Source of the DNA: an uncultured Alphaproteobacteria bacterium | Lineage (GTDB): Bacteria > Pseudomonadota > Alphaproteobacteria > UBA7985 | Assembly: GCA_905479265.1 (NCBI GenBank) | Contig: CAJQLX010000006.1 | Coordinates: 2,621 to 66,620 of the forward strand | Length of the DNA: 64,000 nt | Reading direction: 5' to 3' | In this document: positions 39,229-49,165 of the stretch, piece by piece | Position numbering within the stretch: position 1 is the first letter of the stretch | Layout: each line of letters starts with the position of its first letter | The notes under the pieces: generated by a model | Databases searched by the model: none | Told to the model about the DNA's origin: nothing | The model's input: the letters and a program-made list of their open reading frames with translations, nothing else | Program-made: the position numbers and the translations under genes

Positions 39229-40212
39229 ATGTCCACGTCCTATCGTATCGATGGCCTACAGTACGCCAATTGGTCGCCGAAGATCTTTGAAGAGATGGCG
39301 CAAGGGGGGGTGCATGCGGTTCACGTAACAATCGCCTACCACGAAACTTTCCGCGAAATGGTCTTGCAGGTCGAAGCATGGAACCGGTGGTTTGAGCGGT
39401 TTCCTGATCGGATCATGATGGGCCGCACGGCGGCGGATATTGATACGGCCAAGGCAACGGGCCGGACAGCGATCTTTTTTGGCTTCCAGAACCCCTCTCC
39501 GATCGAAGACGACATTGGCCTGATTGAGATTTGCTACACTCTTGGCGCACGCTTCATGCAGCTAAGCTACAACAACCAATCATTCCTCGCGACCGGTTGC
39601 TATGAGTCTGAAGACCCCGGCATCACCCGCTTTGGTAAGCAAGCCATTGCTGAAATGAACCGCGTGGGATTAGTTATCGACATGAGCCATTCTGCGGAGC
39701 GCTCGACGTTGGAAGCCATCGATATTTCCAGCCGTCCCATCGCCATCACACACGCCAATCCGCACTGGTGGCACGCAGCACTGCGCAACAAGTCGGACGA
39801 GGTTCTGCGCGCGCTGACGGCGCGAGGCGGTATGCTCGGGTTCTCCGTCTATCCGCATCACCTCAAAGACGGCACACAGTGCACGCGCGAGAGCTTCTGT
39901 GCGATGGTTGCTGAATGCGCGGAGCGCTATGGGGCGGAAAACATCGGGATCGGGACGGACCTGTGTCAGGATCAACCGGACTCCGTGGTAGAGTGGATGC
40001 GGGTCGGCCGCTGGTCGAAGCAAATGGACTACGGCGAAGGTTCCGCCGACAACCCCGGCTTCCCACCCATGCCCCAATGGTTCCGCGATAACCGCGACTT
40101 TGACAGCATCGAAGAAGGCTTGCGCGGCGTCGGGATGAGCGAGGCTGAGGTCGCTGGTGTGATGGGCGGCAATTGGTATCGGTTCTTCGAACAAAATTTT
40201 GTGGCATTATAA
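39229..40212 (+). CDS. Membrane dipeptidase (M19)-like hydrolase, IDGL subtype
   Basis: IDGLQY, GFQN, QLSYN, EMNRVGLVIDMSH, ITHAN, RNKSD, IGIGTD. Confidence 0.85.
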   Translation: MSTSYRIDGLQYANWSPKIFEEMAQGGVHAVHVTIAYHETFREMVLQVEAWNRWFERFPDRIMMGRTAADIDTAKATGRTAIFFGFQNPSPIEDDIGLIEICYTLGARFMQLSYNNQSFLATGCYESEDPGITRFGKQAIAEMNRVGLVIDMSHSAERSTLEAIDISSRPIAITHANPHWWHAALRNKSDEVLRALTARGGMLGFSVYPHHLKDGTQCTRESFCAMVAECAERYGAENIGIGTDLCQDQPDSVVEWMRVGRWSKQMDYGEGSADNPGFPPMPQWFRDNRDFDSIEEGLRGVGMSEAEVAGVMGGNWYRFFEQNFVAL

Positions 40213-40216
40213 CACG

Positions 40217-41899
40217 ATGAGCTCGATTTCTTTCAGCGATGGCCGGTTACAGCTGCGGTCCCCTGATACGGTCATGCGCCTCGAACGCCTTGGTTCGGCC
40301 TTTCCCACGCGCCTTAGTTTTGGTCGATCAATGGTCCGAAACTTGATCGCCGATGGTGTCGAAGTGCGGCGAACGCGCTGGACCATGAACGATCAAGGTT
40401 TTGGCCGAGCGACCTATACGTTGGACTTGGGCGGGCACACGTATTCACTGATCGCGTTCTCCAATGCGCTCAACGATGCGGACCGCTCTGACCGTGTGAT
40501 CGCCGAAGCGTGGGATGCGAGCTTTGCGCTGTTTGACGGTATTCCAGAGGACAGCGACCTCGATCGTTTAGAGACCAATTTGCCCAAGCAAGAAGCCGGA
40601 CGGTACTCGGAAAAGGAACTGGTCATAAGCCGGTCCAATAAGTCTGTCCGCTTGTTCAGTCACGTTGCCAGCGCACTGGCCCAAGGCAAGCAGCCTGATG
40701 TCGATATGGTGGACTCGATTGGCTACCTCATGCGCACGACTGCGGTTTACGGCAACGGCAAATTTGGCATCGCGGATCGGTTCGTGTTCTCAGGCCGTCC
40801 GGGTTTGAGCGGTCCTTTCGCAGCAGAAATGCTCACTGTTTGGCTCATCCGTCACTTCACGCACGATTTGGTTGAGCACGTGGCCCGCGCCTTGGGCGGG
40901 GAAAGGGCGGTCCCCTTAGACAGTGCCATCAAGCGACACTTGGGCATTGGGAACTCGACTGGCTTGGGGATGGCGCCCTTCCTGATCCATCACCCCGAAC
41001 TGATCCACAATTGGCTCAGTGCGCGCGAGACGGCGATTGCCAAGGTGCGAGCGATTGAGAGCTTGAGCGACACACAGCAATCGCGGCTATTGGAGCTGCT
41101 GGAGCGCGCCAAAACGCATGTTTCGCAGTGGTTCGTTCCTGATGAGATTCAAACCGCGCGGCTCGATGTGCTCAGGGATGAGTTGGCCGATATGCCGGCC
41201 CCTGACTTGTCGGTTGATTATCCGCTCCAGCGGCTGATTGACTGGAGCCTGTCCCAGTCCGTTGAGTGTCAGGAGCTGATCGCTGCCCTCTGCCTCGAAC
41301 CGTTCGGCGAGATGATCGACGCGCTGACTGAAGCCATGGCCTTTAACGCGCCCAAAGCGTTTGATGCCTCACAGACCGTGTCACAAACCCGGACCATAAT
41401 CGGCCAGCACTATCAATGGTGCGAGACCTTTGACTTAGAACAGCACGAGAGCCAGCAAAAGTTCTGGTACGTCTCTGAAGCCAAGCTCGAACCGCGCTTG
41501 GGCGATCGCTACGCAGAAGACGGCGCCGACAAGGAACAACCGCTGGATATTGCGCGGCAGGTTCAGGGCATGGTGTCCACGTTGACAGATTATGCAGACG
41601 ACACGCCGCTCGCCGACGTGCTGGCTCAGCACCCCGAGCATCGAAACATCGCCAAGCGTATCCAAGCCGCCGCTGATCGACCGTTCGCCGAAGTTCGCGA
41701 TAATTTGATCGACCAATCCATGCGCCCAATCGACCTTCTGCGCTGTAAATTGGCGTTTTTTGGTGCTGTGAAGTTTGATCCCAAGTCTGATCTCTGGACC
41801 CGCATTACTTTGTTCCAAGGCGCACCGCTGGCCGGTGAGTTGCAGACCTTGGGCGACGACTGGTGGCTCGCAACAAAGCCAGCGCAAACGCCCCTATGA
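40217..41899 (+). CDS. Conserved-looking hypothetical protein (560 aa)
   Basis: Long ORF in operon; motif-like blocks RSDRVIAEAWD, GYLMRTTAVYGNGKFG, GIGNSTGLGMAPFL, FWYVSEAKLEPRLG, FDPKSDLWTRITLFQGAP. Confidence 0.85.
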   Translation: MSSISFSDGRLQLRSPDTVMRLERLGSAFPTRLSFGRSMVRNLIADGVEVRRTRWTMNDQGFGRATYTLDLGGHTYSLIAFSNALNDADRSDRVIAEAWDASFALFDGIPEDSDLDRLETNLPKQEAGRYSEKELVISRSNKSVRLFSHVASALAQGKQPDVDMVDSIGYLMRTTAVYGNGKFGIADRFVFSGRPGLSGPFAAEMLTVWLIRHFTHDLVEHVARALGGERAVPLDSAIKRHLGIGNSTGLGMAPFLIHHPELIHNWLSARETAIAKVRAIESLSDTQQSRLLELLERAKTHVSQWFVPDEIQTARLDVLRDELADMPAPDLSVDYPLQRLIDWSLSQSVECQELIAALCLEPFGEMIDALTEAMAFNAPKAFDASQTVSQTRTIIGQHYQWCETFDLEQHESQQKFWYVSEAKLEPRLGDRYAEDGADKEQPLDIARQVQGMVSTLTDYADDTPLADVLAQHPEHRNIAKRIQAAADRPFAEVRDNLIDQSMRPIDLLRCKLAFFGAVKFDPKSDLWTRITLFQGAPLAGELQTLGDDWWLATKPAQTPL

Positions 41900-42309
41900 A
41901 TTACTCCCTGAACGAAGTCCACATGACGTTGCGCAAGGCGTTGTGCGGGCGGGGATTGGCTTTTGGGGCAGCGGATGATTTTGGCGCTGTTGGCGCGCGC
42001 TTGAGCTCTGGTGCTGCTTGTGACGGGATCGCCGCTGTTCTCGCCTTCGATAACAGCGCATTGATCGCCCTGCTCCACCGTGTTGAAACCACGATGGCCG
42101 GCGGATCTTCACACACCGCACTTGCCGCTGGAATAGAGCAAACGCTCGCAGCCCAATTGCAGGGACATCCCTTCCCTCGCGACCGCGCGTGCGCCATAAG
42201 CGCCGAGAGTTGGCAGCAGGCTCTAGTCCTGAGCCACCTTACCTACGTTCCGGAAACCGAAGCATCGCGTTTGGGCGGTGCCGGTGCTGGGACCAACGAC
42301 AACGACTAA
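41896..42309 (+). CDS. DUF3726-like protein (short)
   Basis: N-terminal S.NE....RKA..G.G...G.A and C-terminal YVPETEASRLGGAGAG.NDND; ATGA overlap with upstream gene. Confidence 0.7.
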   Translation: MNYSLNEVHMTLRKALCGRGLAFGAADDFGAVGARLSSGAACDGIAAVLAFDNSALIALLHRVETTMAGGSSHTALAAGIEQTLAAQLQGHPFPRDRACAISAESWQQALVLSHLTYVPETEASRLGGAGAGTNDND

Positions 42310-42331
42310 CGCAAACAGAAAGTCTCCCTTG

Positions 42332-43333
42332 ATGGAAATGACAATGACGCTTGAGCAGGTTTACGACTTGGCTCTGAATACGCTAAAGGATGCCGGGGCT
42401 AGCGAGAGCAATGCGGCTTCCGTTGCCAAATCCACCTGGCGCGCTGAACGCGACGGGATCCGTTCGCATGGGTTGATGTACGTGCCGATCTACGCCGAGC
42501 ACGTGCGCTGCGGTAAAGTCATTGGCGATGCGGTGCCAGTGGTCAGCCAGCCTCGGCCCGGCGCTGTTTCCGTCGATGCCAAGCACGGCTTTGCGCATCC
42601 GGCCATTGATGCAGGTTGGGACGCCTTTACGCAGGCCGCGCGCGACAATGGCGTTGCTGTGCTCACCCTGCACAACTCTTACAATTGCGGCATTCTCGGC
42701 CACCATGCAGAACGCTTAGCCGAAGACGGGCTGTTGGGCCTGTGTTTCACCCACGCACCGGCTTCGGTCGCGCCCGTTGGGGGTAAAAAGCCCGTTGTTG
42801 GCACCAATCCGTTTGCGCTGGGCGTTCCAGATGGCAAGGGCGGCGCGTCGATGGTGATCGATCAGTCGATCTCTGTCGTGGCGAAGTCGGAGATTGTGCT
42901 GCGGAACAAAAACGGCGAAGCCATCGAAGAAGGTTGGGCATTCGGTCCTGACGGCGAGCCAACCACCGACGCTGCTGTAGCGCTCAAAGGCACAATGGCG
43001 CCCAGTGGCGGCTACAAAGGTGTTGGCATGGGCCTCACCGTTGAGCTGCTCGCCTCGTGTTTGGCCGGGGCTGTCTTGTCGACTCAGGCATCACCGTTCG
43101 CAGGAACCGCCGGCGGTCCACCATCCACGGGCCAATGCTTTATCGCTTTTGACCCGGCGGGTTTCTCTGGCGATGCGTTCTTTGCTCAAGTCGAGACCCT
43201 GCTGACGACGATCCGCGATCAAGACGGTGCGCGTGTTCCCGGTGATCGGCGCAAAAACAACCGCGCCAGCACGGAATCAGCGGGTGTGAAGGTCAACGAA
43301 GCACAGCAGCGGGCGCTGGGTTTGATCGAATAA
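42332..43333 (+). CDS. Ldh_2 family oxidoreductase (sulfolactate dehydrogenase / DpkA-like)
   Basis: DGIRSHG, GTNPFA, GWA....G.PTTD, GGYKG.G, RVPG. Confidence 0.88.
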   Translation: MEMTMTLEQVYDLALNTLKDAGASESNAASVAKSTWRAERDGIRSHGLMYVPIYAEHVRCGKVIGDAVPVVSQPRPGAVSVDAKHGFAHPAIDAGWDAFTQAARDNGVAVLTLHNSYNCGILGHHAERLAEDGLLGLCFTHAPASVAPVGGKKPVVGTNPFALGVPDGKGGASMVIDQSISVVAKSEIVLRNKNGEAIEEGWAFGPDGEPTTDAAVALKGTMAPSGGYKGVGMGLTVELLASCLAGAVLSTQASPFAGTAGGPPSTGQCFIAFDPAGFSGDAFFAQVETLLTTIRDQDGARVPGDRRKNNRASTESAGVKVNEAQQRALGLIE

Positions 43334-43336
43334 CGA

Positions 43337-44641
43337 TTAAACCTCATCCCTGTAGCTCTGCAGCTCGAACGGTGTCACTTTTTCAGCAAAAGTACCGATC
43401 TCCTGCCGCTTAGCAGCAACCACGGCGCGGCGGAAAGCTGCGCCAAAGGTCTGTTCAATGAAGTCGCTGTGTTCGAAACGAGCCAGCGCTTCTTCCCATG
43501 ATGACGGCAAGCGCGGTAAATCTTGATCGTAGCTGCTGCCTGTAAAAGCGGCCGGCGGTGTCGCTCCAGCTTCGATGCCCTCCAACGCGGCGGCCAAAAC
43601 GGATGCAATCACCAGATAGGGATTGGCGTCGGCGCCAGAGACACGATGCTCAAACCGTCTTGCCGCGCCCGGCCCTGCTGGGATCCGCACAGCAGCGGTG
43701 CGGTTGTCCATTCCCCACGACGCGGTGGTGGGCGCGTGTGTCCCCTCGCGCAGGCGTCGAAAGCTATTCAGATGCGGCGCAAAAAACAGTGTGCTGTCTG
43801 ACATTACCCGGAGCAATCCAGCGACCGCAGACGCTAATGCGGGTGAGCCCAAATCCGTGCCGTTGTCGAAAATGTTGGTGCCGCTTTGATCCAGCATGGA
43901 TGTGTGCAGATGGAATCCGTTGCCAGCGTCCTCACCATAGGGCTTGGCCATAAACGTCGCGCCCAGCCCATGTTTCCGCGCCACGCCGCGTACGATAAAC
44001 TTGAAAAGTGCCGCGTCATCGGCCGCTTTTACGGCATCATCAGTATGCAGCAAATTAACCTCGAACTGCCCCATCCCACTCTCTGAGATCGCAGCATCAG
44101 CAGGAACGTCCCACGCCTCACAAGCGGTGTATATATCGTCCGTAAAGGCCTTGAATGCCTCCAATAGGTCGATGGAGTAAAGCGACCCTGCGGTCATTCG
44201 CTTGGCCGTGCCGGGGATGAGCGGGGGCTGCATGCCGTTTGAGGCAAGATCGTAGAGATAGAATTCCAACTCCGTCGCGCACACAGCCGTTAAACCAGCA
44301 CCGCGCAGGCGAGAAACAACGGCTTCGAGCTGCGCGCGCGGGTCGATCGGGCTGATCTCACCCTCATGCAGGTACATCTGGCAGGGCAAAAGCGAGACGT
44401 CATCCTCCGCCCAAGTTAGTTGCAGAGGCCCGCGTCCGGTCGGCTTTAGCGTGCCGTCGCGATCGCCAGTTTCCAGCACCAAACCACTGTCCAACGCATC
44501 GCGGCCAAAGACGTCGACGTGCAGCGTCGATGCGGGCAGTTTCATTGCGCCTTTGAACACTTTGTCTGCTGATTGCGCAGGCAGCCGCTTGCCGCGAAAG
44601 ATGCCGTTTATGTCTGTCACAACTGGGTAAAGCGCTGTCAC
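43337..44641 (-). CDS. Glutamine synthetase family protein (gamma-glutamyl-amine ligase, PuuA-like)
   Basis: DINGIFRGK, ELEFYL, GQFEVNL, ATFMAKP, GNGFHLH, WGMDNR, EHRVSGADANPYL. Confidence 0.9.
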   Translation of the reverse strand: MTALYPVVTDINGIFRGKRLPAQSADKVFKGAMKLPASTLHVDVFGRDALDSGLVLETGDRDGTLKPTGRGPLQLTWAEDDVSLLPCQMYLHEGEISPIDPRAQLEAVVSRLRGAGLTAVCATELEFYLYDLASNGMQPPLIPGTAKRMTAGSLYSIDLLEAFKAFTDDIYTACEAWDVPADAAISESGMGQFEVNLLHTDDAVKAADDAALFKFIVRGVARKHGLGATFMAKPYGEDAGNGFHLHTSMLDQSGTNIFDNGTDLGSPALASAVAGLLRVMSDSTLFFAPHLNSFRRLREGTHAPTTASWGMDNRTAAVRIPAGPGAARRFEHRVSGADANPYLVIASVLAAALEGIEAGATPPAAFTGSSYDQDLPRLPSSWEEALARFEHSDFIEQTFGAAFRRAVVAAKRQEIGTFAEKVTPFELQSYRDEV

Positions 44642-44762
44642 GTGAGCCTCATGCTTGTGGTTTCAGCCCGACGCTAGGGCCGAAGTTCGCTTCCTGCAAG
44701 GCTCCTGACCAAGCTAAGCGGTTGAGGCATATTACGCGGCTGACATACAAGGACTAAGCAAT

Positions 44763-44811
44763 GCCGCCCTTTCGCCCTCCCCAGCTTGGCGAACGCGCCT
44801 TCTCGGGTGGC
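44763..44811 (+). ncRNA. sul1 RNA motif-like cis-regulatory element
   Basis: Outer stem GCCGCCC/GGGTGGC enclosing inner stem TTCGCC/GGCGAA, ending 23 nt before a SulP start; matches my recollection of the alphaproteobacterial sul1 motif context. Confidence 0.7.
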
Positions 44812-44834
44812 TTAGAACACAGGAAACACCGTCT

Positions 44835-46322
44835 ATGTCTTCTCTGGCCGCCTATCGCGAGCAATGGACCGGTAACGTGCGTCGAGACTTGCTCTCCGGT
44901 CTCGTTGTCGCCCTCGCCCTTATCCCAGAAGCGATCGCTTTTTCCATCATCGCCGGCGTTGACCCCAAGGTCGGGTTGTACGCGTCGTTTTCCATCGCAG
45001 TGATAACCGCGATTGTTGGTGGTCGTCCGGGTATGATTTCGGCGGCTACAGCGGCCACGGCTGTCCTCATGGTGACACTGGTTAAGGAACACGGCCTGCA
45101 ATATCTGTTGGCGGCGACGGTGCTCGCCGGACTGCTGCAGATCGGCGCCGGTTTCCTGCGTTTGGGCTATTTGATGCGCTTTGTCTCGCGGTCCGTGATG
45201 ACCGGCTTCGTGAACGCGCTGGCGATCCTGATTTTCCTCGCGCAGTTGCCAGAGCTGATTAACGTATCGTGGATCACCTACCCGTTTGTTGCTGGTGGTT
45301 TGGCGATCATCTACATCCTGCCTCGCTTCACCAAAGCCATTCCCTCTCCGTTGGTGTGTATTATCGTTCTCACGGCGATTGTCATGGTCTTCAACATCGA
45401 TGGTTTGCGCAACGTCGGCGATATGGGCGATTTACCCGATACCCTGCCGATTTTTCTGCTGCCTCAGATTCCGCTGAACCTCGAAACACTGATGATCATT
45501 CTTCCCGTCTCCGCAGCGGTCGCCGCGGTTGGCTTGCTGGAAAGCCTGATGACCCAGTCGCTGGTTGATGACCTAACGGACACCCCATCGAACAAGAATC
45601 AGGAATGTATCGGTCAGGGCATTGCGAACACTGCAACCGGCTTTATCGGCGGTATGGCGGGTTGCGCCATGATCGGCCAGTCGATGATTAACGTTAAATC
45701 CGGTGGACGTGGCCGCCTGTCCTGCTTTGCTGCGGGCGTGCTGCTGTTGTTTATGATTGTGGTCTTGGGCGATTGGGTGAAGCAAATCCCGATGGCAGCA
45801 CTTGTCGCGATTATGATCATGGTCTCGATTGGCACGTTCAGCTGGTCATCGATCCGAAGCCTCGCTGAACATCCTTGGCCCTCAAGCGTCGTCATGGTTG
45901 CAACCGTTGTGACGGTTGTTCTCAGCCACAACCTCGCCATTGGTGTCCTTGTGGGCGTCTTGCTTTCTGGGATTTTCTTCGCTTGGAAAATGGCGCAGAT
46001 TTTCCGCGTGACCTCCACGCTGACCGAAGACGGCAAGCACCGAACCTATGTCGTCGAAGGGCAGTTGTTCTTTGCCTCGGTTGAGCAATTCTACTCCTCC
46101 TTCGATTTCCGAGAAGCGCTGGAAAAGGTGACAATTGACGTTTCGCGCGCGCACATCTGGGATTTGTCATCGGTTCACGCCTTGGACATGACGCAGCTAA
46201 AATTCCGCCGGGATGGTGCAGAAGTGGAAGTTCTGGGCTTAAATGAAGCCAGTGAAACAATCGTGCTGAAACTGGGACAGGCGGACAAGCCCGGCGCGCT
46301 TGAAAAGATGCTGGAGCACTAA
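44835..46322 (+). CDS. SulP family inorganic anion transporter with STAS domain
   Basis: [37 protein letters not shown]-terminal GQLFFAS STAS. Confidence 0.94.
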   Translation: MSSLAAYREQWTGNVRRDLLSGLVVALALIPEAIAFSIIAGVDPKVGLYASFSIAVITAIVGGRPGMISAATAATAVLMVTLVKEHGLQYLLAATVLAGLLQIGAGFLRLGYLMRFVSRSVMTGFVNALAILIFLAQLPELINVSWITYPFVAGGLAIIYILPRFTKAIPSPLVCIIVLTAIVMVFNIDGLRNVGDMGDLPDTLPIFLLPQIPLNLETLMIILPVSAAVAAVGLLESLMTQSLVDDLTDTPSNKNQECIGQGIANTATGFIGGMAGCAMIGQSMINVKSGGRGRLSCFAAGVLLLFMIVVLGDWVKQIPMAALVAIMIMVSIGTFSWSSIRSLAEHPWPSSVVMVATVVTVVLSHNLAIGVLVGVLLSGIFFAWKMAQIFRVTSTLTEDGKHRTYVVEGQLFFASVEQFYSSFDFREALEKVTIDVSRAHIWDLSSVHALDMTQLKFRRDGAEVEVLGLNEASETIVLKLGQADKPGALEKMLEH

Positions 46323-46325
46323 CCC

Positions 46326-47180
46326 ATGTCAGACCAAAAAATCATTACGCTCATCGATGGTTCCGTGTACGCGGAGAGCGTCTGTGATCACGCGAGTTGG
46401 ATCGCTCAAGCAAGCGGCGCGAGCATCGAGCTGTTGCATGTCATTGGTCGTCGTCAAGCTGCTCGGCAAGACGTTTCCGGCACCATCGCACTGGGCGCTC
46501 GCACGTCGATGCTGGAAGAACTCACCCGCGTCGAGGGCGATATGGCCCGCATCGCGCAGCAGCATGGCCGCGCGTTGCTCGATGGAGCCGCAGAACGGAT
46601 TGCGGCGGCTGGTTCAGCACGACCTGAAACGCGCCTGCGGATTGGTGATTTGATCGACGAAACCAACGAAGCGCTCACAGACGCCTCAATGTTGGTGATC
46701 GGAAAGCGCGGTGAGGCCGCTGACTTCGCCCGCATGCACTTAGGCTCCAATCTCGAACGCATGGTCCGTTCCAGCCTCAAACCTATTTTCGTGGCCTCAC
46801 GAACCTTCAAGCCGATCCGGCGTGTGCTCATCGCCTATGATGGCCACACACCCTCGCGCAAAGCCGTGGAAGCCGTGGGCACAAATCCTCTGTTCAAAGG
46901 AATGGAGGTCAAGCTTTTGATGGTTGGTGAGAGTACGGCTGCGGCCCAATCGGCACTCGATGAACCCAAAGGCCTGCTCGAGAATGCCGGTTTGTCTGTA
47001 ACCGCTGAGTTGGTAACGGGTGAACCTGTCGATGTGATCAGCGCGCGCGCAAGCAGCGAACAATTCGACATGTTGGTCATGGGCGCGTATGGCGGTGGAC
47101 GCCTGCGCTCGATGTTTATCGGCTCGACCACAACCGAAATGCTGATTTCGTGTCGCGTGCCCGTCTTGCTCTTCCGCTAA
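46326..47180 (+). CDS. Universal stress protein (tandem USP domains)
   Basis: IDGS, LLHV, IGKRG..LGSNLE; second domain AYDG, VMGAYG..IGSTT. Confidence 0.92.
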   Translation: MSDQKIITLIDGSVYAESVCDHASWIAQASGASIELLHVIGRRQAARQDVSGTIALGARTSMLEELTRVEGDMARIAQQHGRALLDGAAERIAAAGSARPETRLRIGDLIDETNEALTDASMLVIGKRGEAADFARMHLGSNLERMVRSSLKPIFVASRTFKPIRRVLIAYDGHTPSRKAVEAVGTNPLFKGMEVKLLMVGESTAAAQSALDEPKGLLENAGLSVTAELVTGEPVDVISARASSEQFDMLVMGAYGGGRLRSMFIGSTTTEMLISCRVPVLLFR

Positions 47181-47228
47181 AACGGCGGTTTCAATAAAGT
47201 CTTTGGCGACGTGAGAAGGAGACTGACA

Positions 47229-47582
47229 GTGGCTGAAAAGAAGCGCGTGGCGCTTGAGTTGGGTCAAGGAACCTCGCTGCGATCTGGCGACTACACGCGC
47301 GCTGCCGTGCGCGCCGTGAAGGATGCACTCTGGCACAACTCTCTGACCATGGCCCAGGCCTTTGGCGCGCCCAAGGAAGCCATGATTGTCGACGTTGAGA
47401 TTGCTGTTCAGCAGCCTGATGCGGTGGATTGCGCTGAGGTTGCAGCGGTCTTCCCCTACGGCAAAATCTCTGTCACCGCCACGCACGGCGGCTTGGACAT
47501 TGCTAAACCGGATAACAGCGGCTCAACATTGGTGGCGCTCGCCGCCGTCGTGGTCTCTTTTATGGTGGAGGCGCGAACATGA
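47229..47582 (+). CDS. Lin0512 family protein
   Basis: LELGQG.SL...DYTRAAVRAVKDALWHNSL, FPYG, GGL; GTG start with AAGGAG RBS. Confidence 0.8.
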   Translation: MAEKKRVALELGQGTSLRSGDYTRAAVRAVKDALWHNSLTMAQAFGAPKEAMIVDVEIAVQQPDAVDCAEVAAVFPYGKISVTATHGGLDIAKPDNSGSTLVALAAVVVSFMVEART

Positions 47583-47959
47583 GCGAACAGCCGCTTGAAC
47601 GCTTGATCCTCGAAGTCGGGATGGGCAACGATCTCTATGGCGAGGACTACACCAAAGCCGCGCTTCGTGCTGTGCAAGACGCTCTGCATCATTCGTCACT
47701 GACGCTGTTCCGCTCGCTGGATCTTGATTCCGCTAAGATGCAAGTTCGAGTGACAATCGGTGTCGCGCAACCAGATTTGGTGGACTGTGACGCGGTTGCT
47801 GCCAGCTTGCCGCGTGGTCAAGCCACGGTGACGGCCGTGCTTGGCGGCATGAATGTCGTGGACGCCGGCAACGGAACCACCAGCGTGGTTGCTTCCGCGG
47901 CGATCGAAGCGTTTTACCCGATGAATGATGTTCCTTGGACGGTGGTGGAGGCTTCCTGA
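47579..47959 (+). CDS. Lin0512 family protein (second paralog)
   Basis: LEVGMGNDLYGEDYTKAALRAVQDALHHSSL, LPRG, GG; ATGA overlap. Confidence 0.82.
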   Translation: MSEQPLERLILEVGMGNDLYGEDYTKAALRAVQDALHHSSLTLFRSLDLDSAKMQVRVTIGVAQPDLVDCDAVAASLPRGQATVTAVLGGMNVVDAGNGTTSVVASAAIEAFYPMNDVPWTVVEAS

Positions 47960-47964
47960 GTTTT

Positions 47965-48399
47965 ATGAACCGACTTTTCAAATGCGTTGCTGTCGTCGTG
48001 ACAGCCTGCTTGATCCCGTTTTCTGCGATGGCGCAGGAAAAAATTGACGTGGCGACGGCTTTTCAAAAGGCCCAGTCGGGCGAAATTCTCCTGCTTGATA
48101 TTCGGACCCCACGCGAATGGAAACAAACGGGCATCGCACCCCAAGCAACGCCACTAGACATGCGCAGCCGCACCTTTGGCCCTGAGCTTATGTCGCTGAT
48201 CGACAGCAATCGAGAGCGGCCCATCGCTCTGATTTGCGCGACGGGCGGACGATCGGCCTACCTTGCTGAGTTGATGGCAGGCGCAGGCTTTACCTCTGTC
48301 TTTGACGTCACCGAAGGTATGATTGGGTCCAGCGCGGGACCGGGTTGGATTGATGCTGGCTTGCCTGTCGCGGCCTACTCCGACCTCGTAACGGATTAA
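47965..48399 (+). CDS. Secreted rhodanese-like domain protein
   Basis: Signal peptide ending AMA-Q; LLDIRTPREW, LICATGGRS, GW..AGLP. Confidence 0.85.
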   Translation: MNRLFKCVAVVVTACLIPFSAMAQEKIDVATAFQKAQSGEILLLDIRTPREWKQTGIAPQATPLDMRSRTFGPELMSLIDSNRERPIALICATGGRSAYLAELMAGAGFTSVFDVTEGMIGSSAGPGWIDAGLPVAAYSDLVTD

Positions 48400-48920
48400 G
48401 ACAGCACTTTGTACATGTAAGTCGTGCCGTCGAACTTGTTTGGATCGTGCGGGTCTCTTGCAAAGCAAGGGATCTCACCAGCGCGTTCAAACCCAAACTT
48501 TGCGTAGAGTGATTGTGCCGGATCGCCGGTGCGCGTATCCAAAGCAAGCAGACGTAAGCCACGGTCCACCGCAGCCTGTATCAGCGCCTCAAGCAAAGCA
48601 GCAGCAATCCCTCGGCGGCGAAAATCCGGATGGACCATCATTTTGGCAACGTCCGCCTTGTGCTGTTGGTTGGCCATCACGGGCAGCATAAGCTGGACAG
48701 TCCCAACCACTCGACCTTCGATGCGCGCAACAAACAGCAGACTTTGCGCGTTCTCGACCAGGGGTGCAGTGCGGTTAAGCCAAAACTCAGACGCATCTTC
48801 GTGCGTGAATGGTTGCACAAACCCGATGCTGGCCCCCGCCCCGACCGCCAGCGCTAACAGTTCGGAAAATGCTGCTGCCTCGTCTTGCAAAGTCTTGGCA
48901 TTCATCTGCTCGATCAACAT
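48396..48920 (-). CDS. GNAT family N-acetyltransferase
   Basis: GASIGF, KMMVHPDFRRRGIA, LDTRTG, LYAKFGF. Confidence 0.9.
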   Translation of the reverse strand: MLIEQMNAKTLQDEAAAFSELLALAVGAGASIGFVQPFTHEDASEFWLNRTAPLVENAQSLLFVARIEGRVVGTVQLMLPVMANQQHKADVAKMMVHPDFRRRGIAAALLEALIQAAVDRGLRLLALDTRTGDPAQSLYAKFGFERAGEIPCFARDPHDPNKFDGTTYMYKVLS

Positions 48921-49101
48921 GCTTCGCCTCCCCCTCCCCAAACCGCGTTGGTGCCTTACGCCGTATGTTACACGCTAGAATGGCATGACCACGCATCCAA
49001 AAATACACCCCGCCACGTTATCGCGACGGCTCGCTACAATTCGTCTTAACAATAAGGTTTTTAACAGCCCACCACACCTTTTAACGCGAATTACAATGGT
49101 A

Positions 49102-49117
49102 TGGCACGCTCTTAGCT
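49102..49117 (+). promoter_or_regulatory. Sigma-54 (-24/-12) promoter candidate
   Basis: TGGCACGCTCTTAGCT, exact GG-N10-GC spacing, about 50 nt before ATG 49166. Confidence 0.7.
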
Positions 49118-49165
49118 ACTCCTCCGGCATAGAACAAAATTTAAGTGTTCAGAGGAACGATATCT

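Noticed and set aside
49046..49085. Three TTAAC half-sites as CtrA box
   Set aside because: Start-to-start spacings are 15 and 20 nt, not the 11 nt of TTAA-N7-TTAAC
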